Below are positions 34,191-42,639 of a DNA stretch of 62,662 nt, in pieces (positions within the stretch are counted from its first letter, which is position 1; each line of letters begins with the position of its first letter). The notes under the pieces are model-generated. The model saw nothing but the letters and a program-made list of their open reading frames with translations, made no database searches and was not told the DNA's origin. A program made the translations under genes and the position numbers. The DNA comes from an uncultured Fibrobacteraceae bacterium (GTDB taxonomy: Bacteria > Krumholzibacteriota > Krumholzibacteriia > LZORAL124-64-63): contig CAZJGK010000004.1 in assembly GCA_964545545.1 (NCBI GenBank), forward strand, positions 1-62,662, written 5' to 3'.

Positions 34191-35222
34191 GTGAGTATGC
34201 AGCAGGTGGCCATAAACGAGACAATCCCCGGGATACATCCCCTTTCTCCCGAGCACGCCGCGCAAGAGGGTGTACCGGCCTCCGCAAACCGCGACGTTAT
34301 TCCTGCCCTGGAGGTTGTCGACCTGACGCGGGATTTCCGGACGGGTTTCCGGAGACAGCGCCAGCGGGGAATTGAGGGCGTGTCTTTCTCGGTTCGACCA
34401 GGTGTGATCTTCGCGCTGCTGGGCCATAACGGCGCGGGGAAAACCACCACCATCAACTGCATCCTGGATCTTGTTCATGCCCAGGCCGGGCAAGTGAGGA
34501 TTTTCGGCCGGAACCACGCCGAACCGGGGGCGCGGGTGGCCGTCGGATATTTGCCGGAACGTCCGTATTTCTTCGAGCATCTCAGTGGCCGGGAATTGTT
34601 GCGTTTCTACGCCGATTTGCTGCACATGCCCAAACAGGAGAGTGAAGGCAGGATCCAGGAAATCCTGGAGGTGGTCGGCCTCCAGCATGATGCGAAACGG
34701 CGGTTGCGCAAATATTCCAAGGGAATGCTGCAACGGATCGGTCTGGCCCAGGCCCTGCTGGGCGACCCCCGCCTGTTGATTCTCGACGAGCCCATGTCCG
34801 GGCTGGACCCCGTCGGTCGGCGGCAGGTCCGGGAGTTGCTGCAGGGGCTGCGGGACCGCGGCAAGACCATCATCCTGTCTTCCCATATCGTTCCGGACAT
34901 CGAAATGCTGGCTGATGAAGTGGCCATCCTGAAGCGGGGTCGGCTGGTGGCGCAACAGCGGATGGCCGCTTTGAACCGGAAGACCGTCTATGAAGTCCAG
35001 CTGGTGGCCTCCCATGACCGGGATGATCCTGCCCTGGCCGACTATGTGGTGCGCGCGCACGGCGGAACCCTGCAGGTCGAGGTGGGGGGCGTCGATGAAT
35101 TGCGTGAATTGCTGACGGCCTGCGCCCATCGCAGCTGGAAAGTCCTGGGTGTGGGCACGCGCCGTTCAGGCCTCGAGGAACTCTTCATGAGCACCCTCTC
35201 CCAGGGGGAGGATTTGCCATGA
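34191..35222 (+). CDS. ABC transporter ATP-binding protein (PilH-like position)
   Basis: Walker A is GHNGAGKTT, the signature-like sequence is YSKGMLQRIGLAQAL, and Walker B is LLILDEP. The start is GTG 34191 or ATG 34197. Confidence 0.88.
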   Translation: MSMQQVAINETIPGIHPLSPEHAAQEGVPASANRDVIPALEVVDLTRDFRTGFRRQRQRGIEGVSFSVRPGVIFALLGHNGAGKTTTINCILDLVHAQAGQVRIFGRNHAEPGARVAVGYLPERPYFFEHLSGRELLRFYADLLHMPKQESEGRIQEILEVVGLQHDAKRRLRKYSKGMLQRIGLAQALLGDPRLLILDEPMSGLDPVGRRQVRELLQGLRDRGKTIILSSHIVPDIEMLADEVAILKRGRLVAQQRMAALNRKTVYEVQLVASHDRDDPALADYVVRAHGGTLQVEVGGVDELRELLTACAHRSWKVLGVGTRRSGLEELFMSTLSQGEDLP

Positions 35223-35989
35223 TCCGCACACTCACCACCCTGGCCGTGGGCACATTCCGGGAAACGGTGCGGGATCGCCTGTTCTATCTGGTCGGCATGT
35301 TCGGCTTCATCATGCTGGCCAGCACGGCCGTGCTGTCACCCCTGACCATCGGGGCCCAGAGCAAGATCATGACCGACGTGGGTCTGGCGGCCATGTCCGC
35401 CTTTGGGCTGCTGGTGGTCATGCTCGTGGGCAGCAACATGATCCGCAAGGAAGTGGACAAGGGCACCATCGTCACCATTCTGGCCAAGCCGGTGGGCAGG
35501 CGCCAATACCTGGTGGGCAAGTTTCTGGGACTGAATCTCACCCTGGCCTGTATGCTCGGGCTCATGGGCGCCCTGTTCTTCATGGTGCTGCTGGTAGCGC
35601 CCGGGGCGTTTTCGCCGCGTTACCTGAGCGCCATCTACATGACCCTGTTGGAAATGACCGTGATCAATGCGGTGGTGGTTCTGTTCAGCACCTGCGTGTC
35701 GGCTCCCTTGGCGGCGATCGCGACGCTCGGTGTGTTTCTCATGGGCCATCTGAGCCAGTCCATCAGGGATTTCGGCAGCATGCAGGGAACGCACCTGCAG
35801 CAGACGATTTTCGATGCCGTCTATTACCTGGTGCCGAACCTGGAAATCTTCAATGTGCGCGGCGCCGTAGTGCACGGCGAGACCATCAGCGCCCACCAGC
35901 TTGTGCTGGCCACGGTTTACGGACTGGGATATGCCGGACTGCTGTTGATCCTCTCCAGCGCCGTGTTCCAGCGCAAGGGACTGCGATGA
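35219..35989 (+). CDS. ABC-2-type transporter permease (PilI-like position)
   Basis: ATGA overlap with the ATPase stop. It has about six hydrophobic TM segments and its size fits an ABC-2 permease. Confidence 0.8.
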   Translation: MIRTLTTLAVGTFRETVRDRLFYLVGMFGFIMLASTAVLSPLTIGAQSKIMTDVGLAAMSAFGLLVVMLVGSNMIRKEVDKGTIVTILAKPVGRRQYLVGKFLGLNLTLACMLGLMGALFFMVLLVAPGAFSPRYLSAIYMTLLEMTVINAVVVLFSTCVSAPLAAIATLGVFLMGHLSQSIRDFGSMQGTHLQQTIFDAVYYLVPNLEIFNVRGAVVHGETISAHQLVLATVYGLGYAGLLLILSSAVFQRKGLR

Positions 35990-36708
35990 TGCAGCGTCTG
36001 CGTACCGGCACCATGGCCAGGGTGGTGGGGGCGGCCCTGCTGCTGGTGATCGTGATCGGATCCCAGCTCAGCTTCGACACCATGACGCGTGCGGGCGATT
36101 CCCAGGATCATCTCTATTTTCCTTCCGGCCGGTTTTTGACCGAGGCCGCCGTGGGATACAGGGAAGCGGTTGCCGACTATCTGTGGTTCCGGTTCATCCA
36201 GTATTACGGGGCTTTTGCCAAGGGACATAACGATCTGCGGTATTTCGATCTATTGATCGAGGGCATCACGAGGTTGGATCCCCGTTTTGTCGAGGCTTAT
36301 CACTTTGCCTCCCTGGTGGCGTGGTCGGACCTGGGGAGCTTCCCCAAGTCGCTGGACCTCCTCAAGCAGGGCATTCTCCACAATCCCGATGTCGCCAAGC
36401 TTCCTTTCCAGATCGGGTTCACCTATTACGTTTTCTACAAGGACTATCCGCGGGCGACTTTCTGGTTCGAGGCCGCCGCCAAATGTTCCGATGCTACCGA
36501 CCGGGAACGGCGCTTTGCCGCTTTTGCCAGTCACCGGGCCGGGGATGAGAGGGTTTCCCTGGAATTGTGGAAAGCCCTGCTGGATTCCACGGACAATCCC
36601 CAGATGATCCAACTGGCCCACAAGATGATCCGTGAGATCACGGCCCGGATCCAGGTTTCGGAGCGGGCAGTCGGGAATGGCGTGGGATCGGTTCAGGAGC
36701 AGCAATGA
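35986..36708 (+). CDS. Membrane-anchored helical-repeat (TPR-like) protein of unknown function
   Basis: ATGA overlaps occur at both ends. It has an N-terminal TM (VVGAALLLVIVIGSQL) followed by helical repeats rich in aromatic residues (YLWFRFIQYYGAF, FTYYVFYKDYPRATFWFEAAAK). Confidence 0.65.
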   Translation: MMQRLRTGTMARVVGAALLLVIVIGSQLSFDTMTRAGDSQDHLYFPSGRFLTEAAVGYREAVADYLWFRFIQYYGAFAKGHNDLRYFDLLIEGITRLDPRFVEAYHFASLVAWSDLGSFPKSLDLLKQGILHNPDVAKLPFQIGFTYYVFYKDYPRATFWFEAAAKCSDATDRERRFAAFASHRAGDERVSLELWKALLDSTDNPQMIQLAHKMIREITARIQVSERAVGNGVGSVQEQQ

Positions 36709-37526
36709 TCAAACAAATCTTTTGTGCCCAGACCATGGTGGCCGGTTTGTCAGGGGGGACGGTGCTGGCCGCCTATGTGTGGTCCGGTGTGCTGGCCCTG
36801 GGCGCCTGCCTGGGAAGTTTCTCCAACGTTCTGGTCTATCGCCTGCCGCGCAACCTGAGCATTGTGGGCCCGCGGTCCTTCTGCCCCCAGTGCCGAACCA
36901 CGGTGGCATGGTATGACAACATTCCCGTCTTGAGCTGGGTACTGCTGCGCGGCCGGTGTCGGCATTGCCGCGCCAGGATTTCCCTCCGCTATCCACTTCT
37001 GGAGGCCGCCGGTGCGTTGACCCTGGCTCTGGGGCTGCTGCGTTTCGGCTGGACCGTCCACGGTCTGGCCGCCGGGGTGCTGCTCTTGTTGTTGCTGGTC
37101 ATCGCCGTGGTTGACTGGGAGCACATGGTCATTCCCCATACGCTGACAGTCGCCGGTACGGTGCTTGGTCTGGCCGCATCCCTGAAGAGTACTCCGGGTC
37201 CCGTGGATGCGTTGCTGGGAATGGCTTGCGGTGCCGGGATCATCCTCGTTGTTTCCTACGGCTACAAACTGGTGCGCGGCCAGGTGGGCATGGGGGGCGG
37301 GGATGTCATGATGATGGGGATGCTGGGGACCTTTACCGGACCCTGGGGCGTTTTCGCCGTGCTGTTTGCCGGCGCGTTGACCGGCACCCTGTATGCTTTC
37401 CTGTACGGTAGCCGCGTTGATGATGGTGCCGCAAAGCTTCCTTTCGGCACCTTTCTGGCCCTGGGAGGGGGTGTTGTTTATTTCTTCGGGCCGGAAATTC
37501 TTGCCTGGTATCTGAATATTTTCTGA
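36705..37526 (+). CDS. pilD: Prepilin peptidase / N-methyltransferase (A24 family)
   Basis: It has the zinc-binding motif CPQC...CRHCRARI, YPLLE, catalytic Asp contexts (VVDWEH, GMGGGDVMMMGMLG), and is polytopic. Confidence 0.92.
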   Translation: MIKQIFCAQTMVAGLSGGTVLAAYVWSGVLALGACLGSFSNVLVYRLPRNLSIVGPRSFCPQCRTTVAWYDNIPVLSWVLLRGRCRHCRARISLRYPLLEAAGALTLALGLLRFGWTVHGLAAGVLLLLLLVIAVVDWEHMVIPHTLTVAGTVLGLAASLKSTPGPVDALLGMACGAGIILVVSYGYKLVRGQVGMGGGDVMMMGMLGTFTGPWGVFAVLFAGALTGTLYAFLYGSRVDDGAAKLPFGTFLALGGGVVYFFGPEILAWYLNIF

Positions 37527-37664
37527 CCTTGATCTGATGTGGGCATCTTGGCTGCCGGGGCCGCCTGACCCCGTTCATGCAAATATCTGTCCCCTCACCG
37601 CATTTCCCGGGCAAAAGCCCCAGAATAATTCTCAAGGTCTTTTTCCTCCGGTCGATGATCGTAA

Positions 37665-37679
37665 TGGCATGCATGTTGC
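37665..37679 (+). promoter_or_regulatory. Sigma-54 -24/-12 promoter upstream of pilMNOPQ
   Basis: TGGCATGCATGTTGC has correct GG/GC spacing. It lies in the 225-nt pilD-pilM gap, 73 nt upstream of the pilM ATG. Confidence 0.7.
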
Positions 37680-37751
37680 GGTTGCCCCCGAGGGTAACCC
37701 TTGGTACCGGCTCAATCCGGCATAACGCACGAACAGCAAGGCAGGCTTGAC

Positions 37752-38909
37752 ATGTTCGGATTTCTCAACCAGAAGCGGAAATCACTCATAGGCATGGACA
37801 TAGGGTCCAATGTCGTCAAGTGCCTGCGTCTAGACCTTACCGGTCTGCGCCCGACGCTGACGCACTTCGGCATGGCAAACTTACCGCCCGAGGCCATTGT
37901 CGACGGCGAAATCATGGACCGGGAACTCGTGATCGAAGCCATTCGGGAAGCGGCGGACAAGGCTGAATTGCCTAATGATCCCGTTGCCAGCGCCGTGGCC
38001 GGCCGGGCGGTCATCGTCAAGAAAATCGTCATGGACAAGATGAGCGAGGAAGATGCCAGGGAAGCCATCTATTGGGAGGCGGAACAACATGTCCCCTTCG
38101 ACATCGATGACATCACCCTGGATTTTCAGATTCTCCAGGATGACATCGGCGCGGACCAGATGGAACTGCTGCTGGTGGCGGCCAAGAAGGACATGATTCT
38201 CGGCTACGCGGAATTGATCCGCGACGCCGGCTTCAACCCCCTGGTGATCGATGTGGCCTCCTTCGCAAACCAGAATACCTGGGAGTACATCGCCACTCAC
38301 AGCAAAGACTCTTCCTCTGACGAAGAGGGCGAAAACTCCGCTCCGAAAGACGGATCCGAAGAGGACGAGTTCAACGAGGAAACCGGGGAAAAGCTGGAGA
38401 TGGAAAGCGGGGAGACCGTGGCTCTGCTTGATGTCGGCGGCGGCGTGACCAACGTCCACATCATCAAGAACCACATTCCCTGCTTCACCCGTGACCTGCC
38501 CCTGGGCATCACCCATTTCAGCGAGGAATTCCAGAAGCAGCTGGGGCTGACCTACGAAACGGCTGCCCGGGTTGCGCGGGGCGAGACCGAGGGCGTGGAT
38601 GCTCAACTGGTCACCGAGATCGTGCGCTCCGTGGGATCCGAAATCTACGACGGTCTTGAACCCAGTCTTTCCTATCTGAAATCCTCGGGAGAAATCGAAG
38701 GCATAGACCGCATCGTCATGAGCGGCGGAGGCACCCACCTGCCGGGTTTGCTTGCCTATATGGCCGAGCAGTATGGGGTGCCCTGCGAGGTCTCCGATCC
38801 TCTGTCGGTCCTGGACTATGACCCTGGGTTATTTGCCGAGGGTGAGGCGGAGGAACTCAGCCCGTTGCTGACCGTAAGTGTCGGGCTTGCCTTGAGAGAG
38901 GGGGTCTGA
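37752..38909 (+). CDS. pilM: Type IV pilus assembly protein PilM (actin-like ATPase fold)
   Basis: Motifs include LIGMDIGSNVVKCL, LLDVGGGVTNV and IVMSGGGTHLPGL. It contains an acidic insertion of about 40 aa (38298-38417). Confidence 0.9.
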   Translation: MFGFLNQKRKSLIGMDIGSNVVKCLRLDLTGLRPTLTHFGMANLPPEAIVDGEIMDRELVIEAIREAADKAELPNDPVASAVAGRAVIVKKIVMDKMSEEDAREAIYWEAEQHVPFDIDDITLDFQILQDDIGADQMELLLVAAKKDMILGYAELIRDAGFNPLVIDVASFANQNTWEYIATHSKDSSSDEEGENSAPKDGSEEDEFNEETGEKLEMESGETVALLDVGGGVTNVHIIKNHIPCFTRDLPLGITHFSEEFQKQLGLTYETAARVARGETEGVDAQLVTEIVRSVGSEIYDGLEPSLSYLKSSGEIEGIDRIVMSGGGTHLPGLLAYMAEQYGVPCEVSDPLSVLDYDPGLFAEGEAEELSPLLTVSVGLALREGV

Positions 38910-38911
38910 AG

Positions 38912-39490
38912 ATGATACGGATCAATCTTCTGCCGCGTGATGAAATCGTTACCCGGCGCGCCTGGAATATTCCCCAGGTGGGAAACTTCGCCCCCCTGGT
39001 GCTGGTCGTGCTCGCCCTGGTGACATGCGGTGCGGTTCATCAGATACAGACCAGCCACATCAAGAGTCTGCAGCGGACCGTCGCCGAGGAAGAAATGGAG
39101 ACCCGCAAGCTGGCTCCGGAAATCGCCAAAATCAAGCGCCTGAACCAGCAACGCAAGGATCTGAACGACCGGCTGGACGTCATCACGGATCTGGATCGTG
39201 ACCGCTACTTCCGGGTCCATATCATGGATGAGTTGAACCGGAGTCTGCCGGATAACATGTGGTTGACCAGCTGCCAAGAAAATGGGGATGGAAGCTATTC
39301 CGTCGAGGGCGTTACGTTTTCCAACTTCCTGGTCAGTGATTTTCTCCAGAATATCAATAACAGTCCCTGGTTTGCGGGCGTGAGCCTGCTGGTCGCCGAA
39401 AAAGGCGAGATCGGGGATGTGCGTGTCATCAAGTTCAAGGCCCAGGCCCGGGCGGCCAGGCCTGCCGTGGACACCGGGTTGGAAGGCTAA
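38912..39490 (+). CDS. pilN: Type IV pilus assembly protein PilN
   Basis: It has the canonical N terminus MIRINLLP, one TM segment and a coiled coil, and its position follows pilM. Confidence 0.88.
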   Translation: MIRINLLPRDEIVTRRAWNIPQVGNFAPLVLVVLALVTCGAVHQIQTSHIKSLQRTVAEEEMETRKLAPEIAKIKRLNQQRKDLNDRLDVITDLDRDRYFRVHIMDELNRSLPDNMWLTSCQENGDGSYSVEGVTFSNFLVSDFLQNINNSPWFAGVSLLVAEKGEIGDVRVIKFKAQARAARPAVDTGLEG

Positions 39491-39502
39491 GGAAGGACCG
39501 TC

Positions 39503-40195
39503 ATGGATATCGATGTCAAGGATCCCAAGTTCCTCCGCTGGGCCGGTTCCGTGCTCGTGGTGCTGGTGGTGGTTCCGATGTACTTCATGTCGGCGACCTT
39601 TCCCTTCACCTATAAATCCGAGCAGGCTGTTTCCCAACAGCTCGAGGCGAAGCATCAGAAGCTGAGCCAGGATCTCGAAAAGGCCCGTTTGCTGGTGCGC
39701 AATCTCGACCGCGTCGAGCAGGAGTACAACACCCTGCATGAGCAATGGAAGGTTGCCAAGACGTTGTTGCCCGATGAGAACCAGATGCCGGATTTGTTGC
39801 GGAAGGTCACGGCTGCCGGTCAACAGTCCGGTGTCGCCTTTACCCTCTTCAAGCCGCAGATCCCGACTCCGCAGGGGTTTTATGCCAACAACCCCATCGA
39901 GGTTTCCATCGAGGGCGGCTACCACCAGACCGGCATCTTCTTGAGCCGGTTGGCGAACCTCAACCGGATCGTCAACGTTTCCAATCTCAACCTGCAGGGT
40001 GAGATCAACCAGAAGGAAAAGGCTTTTACCGTCAAGACGGACCTCCTTCTGACGGCCTATACCCTGAGTCCCAACCAGGGAAACCATCCTGAACTTGAAG
40101 GCCGTGGCGACCGCACGTTGGCCCAGTCTGAAGGCGACAAAAAGGCTGCCGGGCCCAACAGCGCTGCGCACGCCGGAACTCAAGGGGGATCGTGA
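39503..40195 (+). CDS. pilO: Type IV pilus assembly protein PilO
   Basis: It has a single TM (SVLVVLVVVPMYF), a coiled coil and a ferredoxin-like C terminus (PIEVSIEGGYHQTGIFLSRLANL), and its position fits pilO. Confidence 0.85.
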   Translation: MDIDVKDPKFLRWAGSVLVVLVVVPMYFMSATFPFTYKSEQAVSQQLEAKHQKLSQDLEKARLLVRNLDRVEQEYNTLHEQWKVAKTLLPDENQMPDLLRKVTAAGQQSGVAFTLFKPQIPTPQGFYANNPIEVSIEGGYHQTGIFLSRLANLNRIVNVSNLNLQGEINQKEKAFTVKTDLLLTAYTLSPNQGNHPELEGRGDRTLAQSEGDKKAAGPNSAAHAGTQGGS

Positions 40196-40671
40196 TGAAG
40201 AGATCAGTTTCCATGCCCTGTAAAATCTTGCTGGCGTTGGCCGGGGTGCTGTTGATTGCGGTTCCCGTGGTCATGGCGGCTGATCCGTCACCGGCACCGG
40301 ATCAGGGCTCGGTATCCCCATCCCAGGTTTCCCGCGACCGCATCAATGCGATCCGGGACAATGAGTTTTTCTATCAGTCCTATGGCCGGCAGGATCCCTT
40401 CAAGATCCTGGTTGCCGGCGATTATGAACAATCGGCACCTGGCGATCTGCTCGATATCAACAGTGCCCGTCTGGTGGGCGTGATGTGGGGCCAGGACGAT
40501 CGTTTCGCACTGGTCGAGAACGGGGACGGTTTTGGCTATATCCTGCGTGTCGGCGATTCCATCCAGAACGGTCGGGTCGTCAGCGTCCGCAAGCATTCAC
40601 TCACCGCGCGGGTCACTTTGTACGGGATCACCAACAAGGTGGTCCTCAATCTGGAAAAATCGGAGGGTTGA
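40195..40671 (+). CDS. pilP: Type IV pilus assembly protein PilP
   Basis: TGATG overlap with pilO. It has a signal/anchor followed by a beta-sandwich segment (LVGVMWGQDDRFALVENGDGFGYILRVGDSIQNGRVVSV). Confidence 0.8.
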   Translation: MKRSVSMPCKILLALAGVLLIAVPVVMAADPSPAPDQGSVSPSQVSRDRINAIRDNEFFYQSYGRQDPFKILVAGDYEQSAPGDLLDINSARLVGVMWGQDDRFALVENGDGFGYILRVGDSIQNGRVVSVRKHSLTARVTLYGITNKVVLNLEKSEG

Positions 40672-40673
40672 TC

Positions 40674-42038
40674 ATGTACGGAAGGATCCGTTTGGTTTCG
40701 TTTGCGGTTCTGGCGGTAATGCTGGTGATTCCCGTTTGCTCGTTGGCGCAGGTTACTGCGGCGGCGCCTGACACGGTGTCTATCGGCACCATGCCGCAGT
40801 ACAAGGGTGAACCCATTTCCCTGGACGTCCAGGAGGCGGAGATCACCACGGTCCTGCGTTCCCTGGCGGGATTTTCCGGGGCTAATATCGTGGCCTCGCC
40901 CCGGGTGACCGGGAAAGTCACCGTCAAGCTCGAGGACGTCCCCTGGGAAGAGGCCCTGGCGGTGATTCTGCGCGCCCACAACTTCGACTTTGTCGAGGAA
41001 AACGGGATTTACCGCATTGATGCCGCGGAAGACCTGCGCCAGGAAAAGCTGTCCACCGAGAGAGCCCGCAAACAGGTCGAGGACTTGTCGCAGTTGCGCC
41101 TGGGCCTGGTGAAGCTGAGTTATGCCAACGGCAAGGAAGTCAAGGACTCCCTGGAGAAGATGTTGAGCGAACGCGGCAATATCGATGTCGATGTGCGCAC
41201 CAACAGCCTGCTCATCAACGATATCCAGGAACGGGTGGATTTGATCAAGGATATGGCCGTCAAGCTCGACACCAAGACGCCCCAGGTGGAAATAAACGCC
41301 AGGTTGGTCGATATCGACCAGAAGGCGACGCGCGAACTGGGTATCAACTGGTCCTTGAGCAACTACCAGCATCCGGGCAGCAGTATCTACGGCGGCGGGC
41401 AGATCAGCAACGATGTCCAGAATCCGTCCGGCAACCTGAAGGTGGGAACCGTGCAGGACTGGGGTGACCTGATGGTTACCATCGAAGCCCTGGAAAACGA
41501 CAACAAGGCCCACCTGATCAGCAACCCCGTGATCACCACGACGGACAACCGCGAAGCGAAGATTCTGGTCGGGCAGAAAATTCCCCTGATCGTTTCCGAC
41601 CAGGCCGGCAACGCCATCACCCAGTTGACGACCATCGGCATCATGCTGAAGGTCACGCCGCACATCAACAGCGAGAACAGGATCACCCTGGATGTGCACA
41701 ACGAGGTGAGCGATCTTTCCAGCCAGGCCACGGTCCAGGGCGGGGTCATCATCAACACGAGTGAATCCGATACCCGGGTCCTGGTGGAGGACGGCCAGAC
41801 GGCCATCATCGCCGGTCTGGTCAGGAAGGTCGAGAGTACCCTCCACACCGGTATCCCGATTCTTCAGGACCTGCCCCTGTTGGGCGCCTTGTTCCGTCAC
41901 AGCACCGATTCCAAGGATAGCCGGGAACTGGTCGTGTTCGTCACGCCGCGCATAGTTTCGGATTCCTATATGAAGCGTCCAACCTTGACCGACAAGAGTG
42001 CGGTCGTCTACGATCCGAAGCACATCGGCGGATTATAG
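40674..42038 (+). CDS. pilQ: Type IV pilus secretin PilQ (short form, no AMIN domains)
   Basis: GGAGGG RBS precedes the start. Signal peptide is MYGRIRLVSFAVLAVMLVIPVCSLAQ. An N0 domain is present (ISLDVQEAEITTVLRSLAGFSGANIV). The secretin core includes LISNPVITTTDNREAKILVGQKIP and IPILQDLPLLGALFR. Confidence 0.92.
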   Translation: MYGRIRLVSFAVLAVMLVIPVCSLAQVTAAAPDTVSIGTMPQYKGEPISLDVQEAEITTVLRSLAGFSGANIVASPRVTGKVTVKLEDVPWEEALAVILRAHNFDFVEENGIYRIDAAEDLRQEKLSTERARKQVEDLSQLRLGLVKLSYANGKEVKDSLEKMLSERGNIDVDVRTNSLLINDIQERVDLIKDMAVKLDTKTPQVEINARLVDIDQKATRELGINWSLSNYQHPGSSIYGGGQISNDVQNPSGNLKVGTVQDWGDLMVTIEALENDNKAHLISNPVITTTDNREAKILVGQKIPLIVSDQAGNAITQLTTIGIMLKVTPHINSENRITLDVHNEVSDLSSQATVQGGVIINTSESDTRVLVEDGQTAIIAGLVRKVESTLHTGIPILQDLPLLGALFRHSTDSKDSRELVVFVTPRIVSDSYMKRPTLTDKSAVVYDPKHIGGL

Positions 42039-42063
42039 TCGGACAAGTTTGAATCCTGATCTG

Positions 42064-42099
42064 GTCCCCGGGACGTTGTGTCCCGGGGACCTTTGTATT
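42064..42099 (+). terminator. Rho-independent terminator after pilQ
   Basis: A perfect 11-bp stem forms between GTCCCCGGGAC (42064-42074) and GTCCCGGGGAC (42080-42090). The loop is GTTGT. It is followed by CTTTGTATT. Confidence 0.7.
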
Positions 42100-42110
42100 A
42101 GCATGCCTGC

Positions 42111-42635
42111 ATGTGGACGACATTCATTGGTTTCATGGGTTGCGGTAAATCGACCGTCGCCGCAGGGGTGGCCGCGGCCAGCGGGCGCATGTTTGTGGAC
42201 CTGGACGACGTGGTTGCGGCCGAGACGGGCCGGGGAATTCCCGAGATTTTCCGCCAGGAAAAGGAAGCCGGATTCCGCGCTCGGGAGTTCGCGTGCCTGC
42301 AAGCCCTGCCACCTGACGAAGATCTGGTCCTGGCCGCCGGGGGTGGCCTGGTCGGGATGCCGGCGGCCGTGGATCTGATCAGGTCCCGTGGCCCGGTTCT
42401 CTGGCTCGATTTGAACTGGGTGACCGCATGGTCGCGCCTGGCCGACACCGGTGGGAGCCGGCCTCTTGTCGCGGCGTTGAAACAAGACGATCTCGCCGGG
42501 CTTTTTGTCCGCAGGCGACCCTTGTATGCCGCGGCGGCGGATTTTCGTCTGCGCAGTGATCAGATGAACGTTGAACAGCTGGTCAAAATATCCATGGTGC
42601 GTGCGCTGCGGTATGACAAGGCGGCGTCAGGTTGA
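42111..42635 (+). CDS. aroK: Shikimate kinase
   Basis: The N-terminal P-loop is FIGFMGCGKST. Also present are FVDLDD and LAAGGG. Its location after pilQ is a common arrangement. Confidence 0.88.
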   Translation: MWTTFIGFMGCGKSTVAAGVAAASGRMFVDLDDVVAAETGRGIPEIFRQEKEAGFRAREFACLQALPPDEDLVLAAGGGLVGMPAAVDLIRSRGPVLWLDLNWVTAWSRLADTGGSRPLVAALKQDDLAGLFVRRRPLYAAAADFRLRSDQMNVEQLVKISMVRALRYDKAASG

Positions 42636-42639
42636 ACCC

